Of a stretch of 64,000 nucleotides of DNA, positions 34,613 through 46,226 are shown piece by piece (position 1 is the stretch's first letter; every line of letters starts with the position of its first letter). The position numbers and the translations under genes were made by a program. Under the pieces are notes generated by a model. It worked only from the letters and a program-made list of their open reading frames with translations, did not search any database and had not been told where the DNA came from. This stretch comes from an uncultured virus (IMG/VR IMGVR_UViG_3300043473_000028) (lineage: Duplodnaviria; Heunggongvirae; Uroviricota; Caudoviricetes), in the IMG/VR virus record IMGVR_UViG_3300043473_000028. One strand, written 5' to 3'.

Positions 34613-36243
34613 TGGCCAAGCAAGCAGCCGCCTTGAAGGTGGTGCCGCCTGAAGACAACCAGATCATAGGTGACGTGGCTGAGAAGCACCCCGATCTGGC
34701 CATGATCTGGGAGGACTGGCAAGAGTGCCGCGATGCCGTGGCGGGCAGCACCACGGTCAAGGGCAAGGGCACCACGTACCTGCCCATGCCCAGCGGCTTC
34801 AACGGCAGCAAAGAACCGCAGAAGATGTACGATGCGTACAAGCTGCGGGCGCAATACCCCGATCTGGTTGCCCCTACCATCCAAGGCATGCTTGGCATCA
34901 TCCACCAGTCAGAGGCGCAGATTGAGGGCCTAGAAGAGGGCAGCGCCCTAGCCGATATGTGGGAAAGTGCAACCCCCGATGGTCTGACACTAGAGGCGTT
35001 GCACCGCAAGATCACTGAAGAGATTTTGACCACGGGCCGCGTGGCTTTGCTGGCTGATCTGCCCCCAGAGGGTGGGGAACTACCTTGGATTGCCTTCTAC
35101 CGGGCTGAGAGCCTGATCAACTGGTCTGAGAGCCGCAATTTCTTTGTGCTTGAAGAGGCGTACCGGGTGCGCCGTGGTTATTCATGGGACCCAAAGCTGC
35201 GCTACCGCGTGCTTGAGCTTGTGGATGACACCTATCAGGTGCGGGTGCTGGATGAAGATGGCAAGGCCGTGGCTGAAGAGGATGACGCCACGGCTGAGCA
35301 GGATGTGGCTGAGGGCATCGCCACCAGCGTGGTGGTGCCGCAGGCGCGCGGCGGTGACCAGTTGGGTGAGGTGCCGCTGGTGATCGCGGGCTCACGTGAC
35401 CTGAGCCTGACGCCTGACCAGATACCGCTGGTGGGGGTGGTCCGCAGTTCATACGCCATCTACCGGCTGGACGCTGACTACCGGCATCAGCTTTTCATGA
35501 GCGGGCAAGAAACCCTGTTCTACATCGGCTTGGCCAAAGAAGACGTGCCAGATTACGTGGGCGCTGGCGTGGGCATCAGCCTGCCAGAGGGGGGCGATGC
35601 TAAATACGTGGGGCCCAGCGGCGCGGGCATTGCGGCGCACAAGACGGCAATTGAGGATGAGCGGGCTAACGCCGCTGAGGCGGGCTCACGCATGTTTGCG
35701 GTGGGTGACAAGAAGGCGGCAGAGAGCGGTGAGGCGCTACGCATACGGGCGCGCGCGGGCAGCGCAACGCTGGTGAGCGTGGCGCAGACCAGCGCGGCGG
35801 CGCTTGAGAAGGTGCTGCGCTACTGCGCGCTGCTGGTGGGTGAAGACCCTGAAGAGATAATAGTAAAACCAAATCTTGGCTTCCTTGACAGTGATATGGA
35901 CGCCACTGAAGCCAACAAGATGGTTGAGCTATGGATGAACAAGGTAATCAGCTATGAAACCCTGTACGCCAATCTTCAACGCGGGCGCATCGCATCAGAG
36001 GAGCGCACCGCTGAGGAGGAACAAGAGTTGGTGGCTGAGGAGGAATCTGCGGCAATACCTGAAAGTGAGGGTGCCGGTGGGGGAAGCCCTGAGGTGCCGA
36101 TGCCCCTTGATCTGTCAGAGGGCATGGGCACCGATGAGTATGGCCCGGTGAGCGATGCTGAGCTTGCTGAGTTGTTTGCCCCCGAAGAGCTTGAAGAGCC
36201 CAACCCCCCGGCTGAGCCGGGCGCAGAAGGTGAACAGCCATGA
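34612..36243 (+). CDS. Portal protein (DUF4055-like)
   Basis: Follows terL; YLPMPS..YDAYKLRA, AESLINW, ADYRHQLFMSGQ, ESGEALRIR; acidic tail. Confidence 0.85.
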   Translation: MAKQAAALKVVPPEDNQIIGDVAEKHPDLAMIWEDWQECRDAVAGSTTVKGKGTTYLPMPSGFNGSKEPQKMYDAYKLRAQYPDLVAPTIQGMLGIIHQSEAQIEGLEEGSALADMWESATPDGLTLEALHRKITEEILTTGRVALLADLPPEGGELPWIAFYRAESLINWSESRNFFVLEEAYRVRRGYSWDPKLRYRVLELVDDTYQVRVLDEDGKAVAEEDDATAEQDVAEGIATSVVVPQARGGDQLGEVPLVIAGSRDLSLTPDQIPLVGVVRSSYAIYRLDADYRHQLFMSGQETLFYIGLAKEDVPDYVGAGVGISLPEGGDAKYVGPSGAGIAAHKTAIEDERANAAEAGSRMFAVGDKKAAESGEALRIRARAGSATLVSVAQTSAAALEKVLRYCALLVGEDPEEIIVKPNLGFLDSDMDATEANKMVELWMNKVISYETLYANLQRGRIASEERTAEEEQELVAEEESAAIPESEGAGGGSPEVPMPLDLSEGMGTDEYGPVSDAELAELFAPEELEEPNPPAEPGAEGEQP

Positions 36244-36650
36244 TGCCATCTGACTATCCCTTGGATATCTATCACGGTGACAGCTACCACTGGGAGTTTC
36301 AGCTTTGGCTGGACAAAAACAACACGCAGCCGCTTGACCTGACCGGGGTGACGGTGAAGGCAGAGATACGGGACAAGCCGGGTGGTGACCAGATATTCGC
36401 CCTTGATTGTGAGGTGGTGCTGCCCAACCTGATTGAGGCGGTGCTGTCGGCCGCCGTCTGCAAGACGCTGCCCATTGCTGACAGCATGGCGTGGGACCTG
36501 CAACTGACTTACCCATCCGGCGCGGTCAACACCATGCTGGCGGGCAAGGTGAAGGTGACGCAGGATGTCACTGACGCGGTGGTGCCTGCGGGCACGATGG
36601 CGGCAGAAGCGCCACCGCAGAAGGCCGTGAGACTGGTCAAGCCGCGTTAG
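36240..36650 (+). CDS. Virion structural/adaptor protein
   Basis: LDIYHGDSY..PLDLTG..AEIR..WDLQL..GKVKVTQDVT, typical of small beta proteins preceding fibres. Confidence 0.65.
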   Translation: MMPSDYPLDIYHGDSYHWEFQLWLDKNNTQPLDLTGVTVKAEIRDKPGGDQIFALDCEVVLPNLIEAVLSAAVCKTLPIADSMAWDLQLTYPSGAVNTMLAGKVKVTQDVTDAVVPAGTMAAEAPPQKAVRLVKPR

Positions 36651-36663
36651 GGCCCGCAAGCCG

Positions 36664-39600
36664 ATGAACAAAATCATCACCGACATTGTGCTGTTGCAGT
36701 CAGAGGCAACGCAGGTGAACGTGACCGTGCGGCCTGAGCCGGTGGTCAACGTGCTGGCGCAGCCAGATATCAATGTGGTGATCGGTGACATCGGCGGCCC
36801 GCCCGGCCCGCAGGGCACGCAGGGACCGCAGGGCATCCAAGGTATTCAGGGCCTGCCGGGTAGCGGGTTCTATCTGAGGGGGTACGTGCCGTCATTCCCT
36901 GCTTTGCCAGCGGGGCCCAACGTCTTCATGGACGCCTATGTCACCGATGACACAGACCATTTGTGGGTCTGGGATGGCGATGAGTGGATTGATTGCGGTG
37001 ACCTGAGCGGGCCGCCCGGCCCTGCCGGGCCGCAGGGCCAGACCGGCAGCACCGGCCAAGAGGGCCCAGTGGGCCCGCTAGGGCCTCCCGGCCCCTACGG
37101 CCACGAGGGGCCGCAGGGTGACCAAGGCATTCAGGGTGAGATTGGCTATCAGGGGCCTATCGGCCCGCAGGGCCCGGCCGGTCTGGGCGTCAATTTCAAG
37201 GGCACGGTGGCCAATGCGGCGGCGCTGCCGCCTACGGGGAATACAGCCAATGACGGCTGGGTGACGCTTGACACAGGCTACACGTGGGTCTGGACGGGCG
37301 GGGCGTGGATCAACGTTGGCATCATCCAAGGGCCCGTAGGGCCGCTGGGGCCGCAGGGCGCGCCCGGCGTGCAGGGCCCGCAGGGCGTGGCGGGCATACA
37401 GGGCAACCCCGGTGAGCCCGGCCTACAGGGCGCGCAGGGGCCCGCAGGCGTGGATGGTGCCGCAGGGCCGCAGGGCATACCCGGTGCGGCTGGCCAGCAG
37501 GGCGTGCCGGGCTCTGAGGGCCCGCAGGGCCTACAGGGGCCCATCGGCCCGCAGGGCATACCCGGCAGCAATGCGTGGACGGACATCGTGGGCAAGCCCG
37601 CCACGTACCCGCCCAGCGCGCATGGCCACGTGCAGGCGGACATCATCAACCTGTCCACCGATCTGGCTACCCTCCAGACAGGTAAGGAACCGGTTATTGC
37701 GCAGGGCACCACTGCCCAGTTCTGGCGCGGCGACAAGACGTGGCAGACCGTGCCCACCGTGGCTGAGCCGCCGATAGCGCTGGGCACCATTGCCCAATAC
37801 TGGCGGGGCGACAAAAGCTGGCAGACGCTGGACAAGTCAGCGGTTGGGTTGGGGAACGTAGACAACACCAGCGATGTCAACAAGCCCGTCAGCACCGCTC
37901 AGGCGGCGGCCGACGCTTTGAGGGCACCGCTGGCTGACCCCACCTTCACGGGTGACCCCAAGGCACCGACGCCCGCCACGGCTGACAACGATACCAGTAT
38001 AGCGACTACCGCCTTTGTCCAAGCCAACATGGCGCTGAAGGCCAACGCCACGCATGGCCACACCATTGCTGATGTTGCCAACCTTCAGACCGTGCTTGAC
38101 CTGAAGGCACCGCTGGCCAGCCCCAGCTTTACCGGCAAGGCCGTCACGGCGGCCAGCGCAGCCGGGGGCGCGGGCTTTGCCATGCTGCCGGGCGCAGCGC
38201 CCGCCGCACCGGTCAACGGTGACATCTGGCTGACCACGCTTGGCCTGTACCTGCGCACCAACGGCGCAACCATGGGGCCGCTTGGCGTAGGCGGTGAGCC
38301 CAGCATAGCGATAGGCACCACGGCGCAGTATTGGCGCGGCGACAAAAGCTGGCAGACGCTGGATAAGGCCGCTGTCGGGTTGGCGAATGTAGATAATACC
38401 ACCGACTTGGCCAAGCCCATCAGCACGGCCACCCAGACCGCCCTGAACCTGAAGGAAAACACTATCACGGGCGGCACCGCTGCCCAGTACTGGGCGGGCA
38501 CCAAGACTTGGCAGACCTTGGACAAGACGGCGGTTGGTCTGGGGAATGTAGATAATACCAGCGACGTGGCCAAGCCCGTCAGCACGGCGCAGGCGGCGGC
38601 CATCGCCCTGAAGGCACCGCTGGCTGATCCGGTGTTCACGGGCAACCCCACCGCGCCGACGCCGCTCACCGCTGACAACGACACATCCATAGCCACCACG
38701 GCTTTTGTGCAGGCCAACATGGCCCTGAAGGCCAACGCCACGCACACGCACGCGCAAACGGATGTCACCAACCTTGTCAGTGACCTTGGCCTGAAGGCAC
38801 CCAAGGCAGACCCTGCCTTCACGGGCAAGGTCACCACGCAGGCCAGCGCGGCGGGCACGGCGGGCATCATCCTGCCGCACGGCGCAGCCCCTAGCGCACC
38901 TGTCAACGGCGATGTCTGGACAACTACGGTTGGCCTGTACGCGCGCATCAACGGCTCTACGGTTGGGCCCTACGGCGGCAGCGGCAGTTTTGAGCCGATC
39001 ATTGCAGGCGGCACCGGCACCCAGTACTGGACCGGCCTGAAGACGTGGGCAACGCTGGACAAGGCCGCCGTAGGCTTGAGCGCGGTGGACAACACCTCTG
39101 ACGCCAGCAAGCCCATCAGCAGCGCCCAGCAGACCGCCCTGAATGGTAAGGAACCAGTTATTGCCAGCGGCACCTCAGCGCAATTCTGGGCGGGCACCAA
39201 GACTTGGCAGACCTTGGACAAGGCCGCCGTTGGCTTGGGGAGCGTAGACAACACCAGCGATGCAGCCAAGCCCATCAGCAGCGCCACCCAGACGGCGCTC
39301 AACCTGAAAGAAACGCTGGCCAACAAGAACGCCCTGAGCGGCTACGCGGGCCTTGACAGCAGCGGCAAGATACCAAGCAGCTTGCTGCCCGCCTATGTGG
39401 ATGACGTTATTGAGGCGTCCACGTATAGTTCGCTACCGGCCACCGGCAGCACCGGCATCATCTATGTCACGCTGGACAACAACAAGACCTATCGTTGGTC
39501 AGGTCTGGCTTACGTTGAGATTTCATCCAGCCCCGGCAGCACCGATGCGGTGCCTGAGGGCAGCGTCAACCTCTACTACACCACGGCGCGCGCATCGGCG

Positions 39601-42600
39601 GCGGCCCCGGTGCAGAGCGTGGCCGGGCGCGCGGGCGCGGTAGTGCTGACCAAGACAGACGTGGGTCTGGCCAACGTTGACAACACCACCGACGTGGCCA
39701 AGCCGGTCAGCACGGCCACCCAGACCGCGCTGAACGCCAAAGCGCCCATAGACAACCCCACCCACACCGGCAAGGTCACCACGGCGGCCAGCGCAGCCGG
39801 GGGCGCGGGCCTGATCATGCCGCATGGCGCGGCACCCAGTGCCCCGGTCAACGGCGATATCTGGACAACCACGGTAGGGCTCTATGCCCGCATCAACGGC
39901 ACCACGGTTGGGCCCTATGGCGGCTCAGGCAGCTTTGAGCCGATCATTGCCGGTGGCACCACGGCGCAGTTCTGGCGCGGTGACAAGTCTTGGCAGGTAC
40001 TGGACAGGGCGGCGGTCGGCCTAGCCAACGTTGACAACACGGCTGACAACATCAAGCCGGTCAGCACGCCGCAGGCCACGGCCATCGGCCTGAAGCTTGA
40101 CGCCACGCACTTGGGCACGGGCGGCACGGCGCACGCCAACGTGGTGGCGGCTGGCGCTGCCGGGTTCATGACCGGCGTGGACAAGAACAAGCTGGACAGC
40201 ATCGCATTCGGCGCTACCGCCTATGTGCACCCCACGGGTGACGGCAACCTGCACGTGCCTGCCACCGGCACGGTCAGCAATGGCATGGTGCTGAAGGCCG
40301 GGGCAACGGCGGGCTCAGGCGCATGGGCCGCGCTGGCCAAGACGGATGTGGGCCTAGCCAACGTTGACAACACCAGCGATGCCAACAAGCCGGTCAGCAC
40401 GGCGCAGGCGGCGGCAGACGCTACCAAGGAACCGGCCATTGCAGGCGGCACCACCGGCCAGTTCTGGCGCGGTGACAAGTCATGGCAGAGCCTGCCAGCA
40501 AGCGAAGCACCCATAGCAATCGGCACCACGGCGCAGTACTGGCGCGGCGATAAGTCATGGCAGACGCTGGACAAGGCGGCTGTCGGCCTGAACCTTGTGG
40601 ACAACACGGCCGATGCCAGCAAGCCGGTCAGCACGGCGCAGGCGGCGGCTGACGCGCTGCGCGTGCTGAAGGCCGGTGACACCATGAGCGGCATGCTCAG
40701 GGTGAACACGCCAGACGGCACCACCAGCCTGTTGCTGTCAGGCACCAGCAAGGGTATTCGGTTTGTACCCAGTGCAAGCTACTTCGCCATTGAGGGTGTG
40801 GACTATACTGGCGTGGGCTCATACCAGCCGCTGCGGCTGTACGGCGCGTCCATCATTCTGGCAGCACCCACCGCCACCCCGGCCAGCACCACCACCGCAG
40901 CGGGTCTGAACATAGCTCACGGTGCAGCGCCCACGGCCCCGGTCAACGGTGACATCTGGTCAACCACGCTGGGCTTCTATGCCCGCGTCAACGGCGTCAC
41001 TGAGGGCCCGTTTGCGGATGACGCCACCGTCAACGCTGCCGTGGCGGGCAAAGAAAACACCATCGCCGCAGGCACCGCTGCCCAGTATTGGACGGGCCTG
41101 AAGACGTGGGCCACGCTGGACAAGACCGCTGTCGGGTTGGCGAATGTTGATAATACCACCGACGTGGGCAAACCTGTCAGCACCGCTCAGCAGACGGCGC
41201 TGAACCTGAAGGCTAATCTGGCCTCACCAGCGCTCACGGGCGTGCCCACAGCGCCCACGGCGGGCGTGGGCACCAACACCACGCAACTGGCCACCACGGC
41301 GTTTGTGCTGGCCAATGCGGTGGCAGACCCCGCCGCGCTGCCCCTCATGGTGCCGGGCACGGTAGACACCACGGTTGATCTGGACACCATCCAGAGCGCT
41401 GGCTGGTACTTCAAGCTGGTGGGCACCGGCAATGCGCACATACCGCTGGCCGGGCACTATTTCTACATCCAGACGCTGGTCTATGCGTCTGGCAGCATCA
41501 CGCAGATCGCTTACCCCTACGGCGTGACGGCCACGCAGGCGCTGGGCCTTTACTGGCGCGGCCTGCACAGCGGCAACCCCGGCTGGACGGCGTGGCAGAA
41601 CGCCGCCACCATGGCCGATCTTGCGCTGAAGCTGAACCTGACGGGCGGCACGCTGACCGGCGCGCTGACCTTATCATCAGCCGCCCAGATAGGCGAATCA
41701 ATCAGTTCAACAGGTAGCCACAGCTACCTGATCATGAGCAGGCCGTCAGGTTTCTACAACTATATTGACGGGCGTCAGAGTAATAAGCTGCGCTGGCGCA
41801 TGATCTTGGGTGAGGCCACGGCTGATCCCGATGATGGTACTGATAGCGGGTCACATTTCAGTATTCAGGGTTACAAGGATGACGGTGCAACCGGCAATTT
41901 CAATCTTAGCATCAACAGAACCACCGGGCTTCTAAGCTATACTGGCGGCCGTGCTACTTCTCAGTTTGCACCGGCTGGTGAGGTGGCGTTCTTTGCCATG
42001 GCGGCGGCCCCATCGGGCTGGCTGAAGGCCAATGGCGCGGGGGTCAACCGCACCACCTACGCTGCCCTGTTTGCCGCCATCGGCACGGTCTACGGCGTGG
42101 GTGACGGCACCACCACGTTCAACGTGCCCGATCTGCGCGGTGAGTTCATACGCGGCCTTGACGATGCCAGAGGCATAGACGCCAGCCGCGTGCTGAACGC
42201 CACGGTGCAGGCCAGCGGCATCATCAGCCACACCCACACCTTCACCGGCAGCGCCTTGGCCGCCCATGACCACGGCCTGACGGTGGGTGCCAATAGCGTG
42301 GGGCACACGCACACATTCGCTGACAACTCAAGCGCCACCGGCAACGCCAGCGCCAACCACACGCACACGCTGGACGGCCTTTTGTACAACCCCGGCGCGG
42401 CCAACTCATACGGCTTTGACAACATCAACTACGGCCCGGCCAACTCAAACCCGGCCACCAGCGCCAGTGGCGCGGCGCACACCCACACGGTGGCGGTGGC
42501 GGGCACCAGCGCGGGCATCAGCGCCAACCACGTGCACACCATTGACATCACCGTGGTCAGCGCGGGCACACCGGCAGGCACCGTGGCGGCGCAGGCGGGC

Positions 42601-42657
42601 GGCCTGACTGAGACGCGCCCCCGCAACCTTGCTATGCTGGCCTGCATCAAGTATTGA
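36664..42657 (+). CDS. Giant fibre protein: collagen (Gly-X-Y) segments, repeated shaft units, C-terminal tail-collar domain
   Basis: GPQG repeats; repeated [27 protein letters not shown]..KPVSTA; collar motif [47 protein letters not shown]. Confidence 0.9.
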   Translation: MNKIITDIVLLQSEATQVNVTVRPEPVVNVLAQPDINVVIGDIGGPPGPQGTQGPQGIQGIQGLPGSGFYLRGYVPSFPALPAGPNVFMDAYVTDDTDHLWVWDGDEWIDCGDLSGPPGPAGPQGQTGSTGQEGPVGPLGPPGPYGHEGPQGDQGIQGEIGYQGPIGPQGPAGLGVNFKGTVANAAALPPTGNTANDGWVTLDTGYTWVWTGGAWINVGIIQGPVGPLGPQGAPGVQGPQGVAGIQGNPGEPGLQGAQGPAGVDGAAGPQGIPGAAGQQGVPGSEGPQGLQGPIGPQGIPGSNAWTDIVGKPATYPPSAHGHVQADIINLSTDLATLQTGKEPVIAQGTTAQFWRGDKTWQTVPTVAEPPIALGTIAQYWRGDKSWQTLDKSAVGLGNVDNTSDVNKPVSTAQAAADALRAPLADPTFTGDPKAPTPATADNDTSIATTAFVQANMALKANATHGHTIADVANLQTVLDLKAPLASPSFTGKAVTAASAAGGAGFAMLPGAAPAAPVNGDIWLTTLGLYLRTNGATMGPLGVGGEPSIAIGTTAQYWRGDKSWQTLDKAAVGLANVDNTTDLAKPISTATQTALNLKENTITGGTAAQYWAGTKTWQTLDKTAVGLGNVDNTSDVAKPVSTAQAAAIALKAPLADPVFTGNPTAPTPLTADNDTSIATTAFVQANMALKANATHTHAQTDVTNLVSDLGLKAPKADPAFTGKVTTQASAAGTAGIILPHGAAPSAPVNGDVWTTTVGLYARINGSTVGPYGGSGSFEPIIAGGTGTQYWTGLKTWATLDKAAVGLSAVDNTSDASKPISSAQQTALNGKEPVIASGTSAQFWAGTKTWQTLDKAAVGLGSVDNTSDAAKPISSATQTALNLKETLANKNALSGYAGLDSSGKIPSSLLPAYVDDVIEASTYSSLPATGSTGIIYVTLDNNKTYRWSGLAYVEISSSPGSTDAVPEGSVNLYYTTARASAAAPVQSVAGRAGAVVLTKTDVGLANVDNTTDVAKPVSTATQTALNAKAPIDNPTHTGKVTTAASAAGGAGLIMPHGAAPSAPVNGDIWTTTVGLYARINGTTVGPYGGSGSFEPIIAGGTTAQFWRGDKSWQVLDRAAVGLANVDNTADNIKPVSTPQATAIGLKLDATHLGTGGTAHANVVAAGAAGFMTGVDKNKLDSIAFGATAYVHPTGDGNLHVPATGTVSNGMVLKAGATAGSGAWAALAKTDVGLANVDNTSDANKPVSTAQAAADATKEPAIAGGTTGQFWRGDKSWQSLPASEAPIAIGTTAQYWRGDKSWQTLDKAAVGLNLVDNTADASKPVSTAQAAADALRVLKAGDTMSGMLRVNTPDGTTSLLLSGTSKGIRFVPSASYFAIEGVDYTGVGSYQPLRLYGASIILAAPTATPASTTTAAGLNIAHGAAPTAPVNGDIWSTTLGFYARVNGVTEGPFADDATVNAAVAGKENTIAAGTAAQYWTGLKTWATLDKTAVGLANVDNTTDVGKPVSTAQQTALNLKANLASPALTGVPTAPTAGVGTNTTQLATTAFVLANAVADPAALPLMVPGTVDTTVDLDTIQSAGWYFKLVGTGNAHIPLAGHYFYIQTLVYASGSITQIAYPYGVTATQALGLYWRGLHSGNPGWTAWQNAATMADLALKLNLTGGTLTGALTLSSAAQIGESISSTGSHSYLIMSRPSGFYNYIDGRQSNKLRWRMILGEATADPDDGTDSGSHFSIQGYKDDGATGNFNLSINRTTGLLSYTGGRATSQFAPAGEVAFFAMAAAPSGWLKANGAGVNRTTYAALFAAIGTVYGVGDGTTTFNVPDLRGEFIRGLDDARGIDASRVLNATVQASGIISHTHTFTGSALAAHDHGLTVGANSVGHTHTFADNSSATGNASANHTHTLDGLLYNPGAANSYGFDNINYGPANSNPATSASGAAHTHTVAVAGTSAGISANHVHTIDITVVSAGTPAGTVAAQAGGLTETRPRNLAMLACIKY

Positions 42658-42666
42658 GGGAATACT

Positions 42667-42990
42667 ATGGCAAACCCACCGCTGGTCTACCACTACCACC
42701 ACGATACGGGCGTCTACCTGAACGCCAGTTCTGCGGCTGACCCAGACCCGCTGGATGAGGGCCAGTGGCTTTACCCGGCCAACAGCACCACCAAGATACC
42801 GCCCAGCGTGCCAGACCCCAAGAAACAGCACGCGGTGTTTGCCAATGGGTCATGGTCAGTGCAGCAAATACCGCTACCACCCAAGCCTACGCACGCAGAG
42901 AACGTCAAGAACGCGCCCAAGACCATGCTAGTAGCGGGGCCATGGATAATGGATGTTTTGACGGGTGAAATCATAGATAGAGGAACATAA
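42667..42990 (+). CDS. Tail fibre assembly chaperone-like protein
   Basis: VYHYHHDTGVYL..ADPDPL...PANSTT.PP; directly after the fibre gene. Confidence 0.7.
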   Translation: MANPPLVYHYHHDTGVYLNASSAADPDPLDEGQWLYPANSTTKIPPSVPDPKKQHAVFANGSWSVQQIPLPPKPTHAENVKNAPKTMLVAGPWIMDVLTGEIIDRGT

Positions 42991-42992
42991 CC

Positions 42993-43337
42993 ATGCCCAG
43001 TATGCAAATCGTGCAGGCCGCCGCTGACCCTGAGTTCTACACGCGGGTGAGCTTTCTGGCGGTGAAGACGGCGCAGAACGTGGCGTCTGAAGCGCCCACT
43101 GCGTCCAACCACGCCGCGCGGGTGGCGTATGCCAATCAGGTATTCAGGGGGCATGACAACGCCGCCCTGCTGGCGCAGCATGTGGCCACCAACCCGGCTA
43201 TCGGCGCGGCGCTTGAGGCTGGCGGCCCGTCCAGCGTGCCTGACGGCGACATTGAGTTTGCGCTGGCCAGCATCTGGGATGCGCGGGCCAACGCGTTCTA
43301 CGTGCCGCCAGTTGATCCTTCACCACCCATGAGATAG
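42993..43337 (+). CDS. Hypothetical (probably virion-associated) protein
   Basis: GAGG SD; NHAARVAYA...DGDIEFALASIWDA. Confidence 0.65.
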   Translation: MPSMQIVQAAADPEFYTRVSFLAVKTAQNVASEAPTASNHAARVAYANQVFRGHDNAALLAQHVATNPAIGAALEAGGPSSVPDGDIEFALASIWDARANAFYVPPVDPSPPMR

Positions 43338-43344
43338 CCCCGCC

Positions 43345-46017
43345 ATGGCCAAACGCCGCCTGTCCAAGAAGCTGCACATGAGCCGTGGTGCCACCCACGC
43401 GCGCGTGCAATTTCAAGAGGCCCAGCACGGGCGTGACATCAGCGGCAAGTTCAAGGACATGCCGAATAGCATCGTGCCGGGGCAGGATGGCAACGCCAAG
43501 CCCCCGGTCAGCGCGCCGCCGCCGCCCACCAAGGCTGACTGGATGGCCGGTGCCAAGACCACCAAGGTGTCCAATGACGATGTGATCAAGCTGCACGTCA
43601 CATCCAACCCAAAGAAGCCGGGAAGCAACAGCGCGGCGCGCTTTGCCAAGTACCAAGACGGCATGACGGTGGGTGACTTCAAGGCGGCGGGTGGCCGCCC
43701 CTCAGACATCGCATGGGACCGTGAGAAGGGCTTTGTCACTTTTCATGACCCCGCCACCTACCAGAAAATCAGCAGCAGCGGCGCAAGCCCGGTGGCGCAG
43801 ATCAACGGCGGCACGGCCACGGGACGGTTGCAGAACATCAAGGCGCAGCATGAGATGAAGGCGGGCGTGGTTGATGAGGTGGCCAAGCCTGAGCTACCCA
43901 AGATACCCGCCAAGGTGTCCGGTGAGCCGCCACCGCCCCCAGCGCAGCCACAACCGCCCGCAGCGGGGCCAGCCAAGCCCGCTGAGCAGCTTCAGCCGCC
44001 AGCCGGGCCCAATGCACCCCCCGCGCCCAAACCCGCGCCTGCGGCCCCGCCTAAGGCCGCAGCGGTCAGCACCTTCAAGAAGGGGCAGACGCTGACGGCT
44101 GAAGACCAGACCCTGAACGGCGTTGAGATGAAGCCTTGGACGCCGCCCACCACCAAGAATGGCTGGGCCGCCGTTGAAGGGCAGATGCCAGATTTGGATG
44201 AGCCGCCCTTCCCGCCCGGCAAGATGAGCAGCGGCATCCTGATCACTGAGCCTGACGGGCGTGTCTGGATAGTGAAGCCAACCAACAGCTTTGGTGGCTA
44301 TCAGCATACGTTCCCCAAAGGCACTATTGAGAGCGGCATGGGCTCACAGGCCAATGCCATCAAGGAGGTTTATGAAGAGAGCGGCCTGAAGGCGCGCATC
44401 ACCGGCTTTGCCGGTGACTTCAAGGGCGACACCGGCACCACGCGCTACTATCACGGCGTGCGTGAGGGCGGCACGCCATTGGATCATGGCTGGGAAAGTG
44501 AGGCCGTGATCCTAGCCCCCAAAAATCAGCTAGGCAGCTTTGTCAACAAGCAGCGTGACAAGGACATTGTGGCCAAGCACCTGACCGATGCCGCTGAGCC
44601 GGGCGCGCCCAAGCCCGTTGAGCCGGGCGTGCAGAAGCCTGTTGAGCCGGGGGCACCGCCCGCGCCCAAGCCGCCTGCGCCCGCTGACGTGGGGCCTGAC
44701 GGCAAGCCCAAGGCACCGCCCGCACCAGCCGCGCCCGCTGACGCCGACATGGTGCAGCTAGGGCAGGGCCTGCCCAAGCCGATGCCCAATGACCACCGCT
44801 TCAAGGCTGAAGAACTGGTGGACATGCCTGCGGGCAAGATGGTGGATGAGGGTGACAAGGGCCTAGTGTGGGAATATGAGAAAGAATACCACAAGTACGG
44901 CGGCAACTCATGGGTGCAGAACAAGGGTGGCGTCACCATCAAGAGCCAAGAGGATTTCAACAAGAAGTATAAGGAAGCACCATTAACCTACCTTACAGCC
45001 GACCAATACAACGGCCTTGGCTACACCACCGTCAACATGAAGAGCCTACCCACCTTCAGTGAGGTGAGCGCTACTGGCGGCACCTACGGCATCGGCCACC
45101 GCCGTGACCCCAAGGCCATCCGTGACCGCATGTTCAATGGCGTCACCACGCCGCCCATCGTGCTGAAGCATGGCAACACGCTACGCCTGATGGCGGGCCA
45201 GAGCCGCATCTGGACGGGCCTTGCCAGCGGCATCCGGGTGCCGGTCAAGGTGATAGACGTGACGCCGGGCGGGCCTACGCCGCTGCCGGGCGTGCAGCCC
45301 AAGCCCGCCGCGTTCACGATACCCAAGGATGCGCCTGCCGTGCCGCAGGCGGGTGCGACCCCGCCCAAGCCCGCGCCAAAGGTGTTTGCTGAGACTGACG
45401 TGACGTGGGCGGATGAGCATGCCAGCCCGGCCTTCAAGAAGGCGTTTGTTGAGCGGCTGAACAAGCTGCCCAAGCAATTTGTCAACACCGCCATGGCGAT
45501 GGGCAAGCCGGTGGTGTACGGCAAGTATTCGTCACTACCGGCGATCACCAAGAAGATGACCAAGGGGGCTGAAGCCTTCTATTCGCCAGCAAGCCAGCGC
45601 ACGTCATTCTTCCAAGACAAGAGCGCCAAGGCCGCCAAGAATTACAAAATCATGGGCGTGACGGATGAGGTGGACATTGAGAACCACCACACCGCCGTCA
45701 TCGCCCATGAGATGGGCCACCAGCTTGACTATGCCACGCGCACCAAGGCGGGCGGCTCAAAGCATCCTGAGTTCATGGAACTGGCCAAGAAGGTGCGCCT
45801 GAAGTACATTGCCGTGCCCAACAAGACGCATAGCGAAAAATGGGCCAGTTATTTCACGTCAGACAGTGAGTTGTGGGCCGCTGGCACTGAGGTAGTGATG
45901 ACCGGGGCGGGCCGCAAATGGGTCAGTGAGCCTAATTCAACGCTGGGTAAGATGATGCGTGAAGAGGGCGTGAGCGACTGGCTGGAAAACTATTACAGAA
46001 AGTACAACATGCTATGA
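43345..46017 (+). CDS. Multidomain protein: HxRD motif, NPKK domain, Nudix hydrolase, ParB-N-like segment, HExxH metallopeptidase
   Basis: HGRDISGKF; NPKKPGSNSAARFAKYQDGMTV; Nudix box PKGTIESGMGSQANAIKEVYEESGL; PPIVL...MAGQSR; IAHEMGHQLD...SELWA. Confidence 0.8.
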   Translation: MAKRRLSKKLHMSRGATHARVQFQEAQHGRDISGKFKDMPNSIVPGQDGNAKPPVSAPPPPTKADWMAGAKTTKVSNDDVIKLHVTSNPKKPGSNSAARFAKYQDGMTVGDFKAAGGRPSDIAWDREKGFVTFHDPATYQKISSSGASPVAQINGGTATGRLQNIKAQHEMKAGVVDEVAKPELPKIPAKVSGEPPPPPAQPQPPAAGPAKPAEQLQPPAGPNAPPAPKPAPAAPPKAAAVSTFKKGQTLTAEDQTLNGVEMKPWTPPTTKNGWAAVEGQMPDLDEPPFPPGKMSSGILITEPDGRVWIVKPTNSFGGYQHTFPKGTIESGMGSQANAIKEVYEESGLKARITGFAGDFKGDTGTTRYYHGVREGGTPLDHGWESEAVILAPKNQLGSFVNKQRDKDIVAKHLTDAAEPGAPKPVEPGVQKPVEPGAPPAPKPPAPADVGPDGKPKAPPAPAAPADADMVQLGQGLPKPMPNDHRFKAEELVDMPAGKMVDEGDKGLVWEYEKEYHKYGGNSWVQNKGGVTIKSQEDFNKKYKEAPLTYLTADQYNGLGYTTVNMKSLPTFSEVSATGGTYGIGHRRDPKAIRDRMFNGVTTPPIVLKHGNTLRLMAGQSRIWTGLASGIRVPVKVIDVTPGGPTPLPGVQPKPAAFTIPKDAPAVPQAGATPPKPAPKVFAETDVTWADEHASPAFKKAFVERLNKLPKQFVNTAMAMGKPVVYGKYSSLPAITKKMTKGAEAFYSPASQRTSFFQDKSAKAAKNYKIMGVTDEVDIENHHTAVIAHEMGHQLDYATRTKAGGSKHPEFMELAKKVRLKYIAVPNKTHSEKWASYFTSDSELWAAGTEVVMTGAGRKWVSEPNSTLGKMMREEGVSDWLENYYRKYNML

Positions 46018-46226
46018 CCATGCTGGTACACGTGACCGATGTGACTGAAGAGGTGTACCCGACCATCACCCAGACGCCTGAGGTGATGGCTGAGGGCCAG
46101 ATGACCCGCGATGAGCTAGAGGCCATGCTGCCAAAGGATGCGCAGTTGCAAGAGGGCCACTATGACATCAGCGGTGACGTGGCTAAGTGGCTAGGCTTTG
46201 AACTGCCAGAGGGATTGCTTGACTGA
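46014..46226 (+). CDS. Small acidic protein
   Basis: 70 aa, coupled to both flanking large genes. Confidence 0.6.
   Translation: MTMLVHVTDVTEEVYPTITQTPEVMAEGQMTRDELEAMLPKDAQLQEGHYDISGDVAKWLGFELPEGLLD

Noticed and set aside
37700..41250. Diversity-generating retroelement TR/VR pair within the fibre repeats
   Set aside because: Repeats are in-frame shaft units differing mainly at synonymous positions, not A-specific; no reverse transcriptase is present
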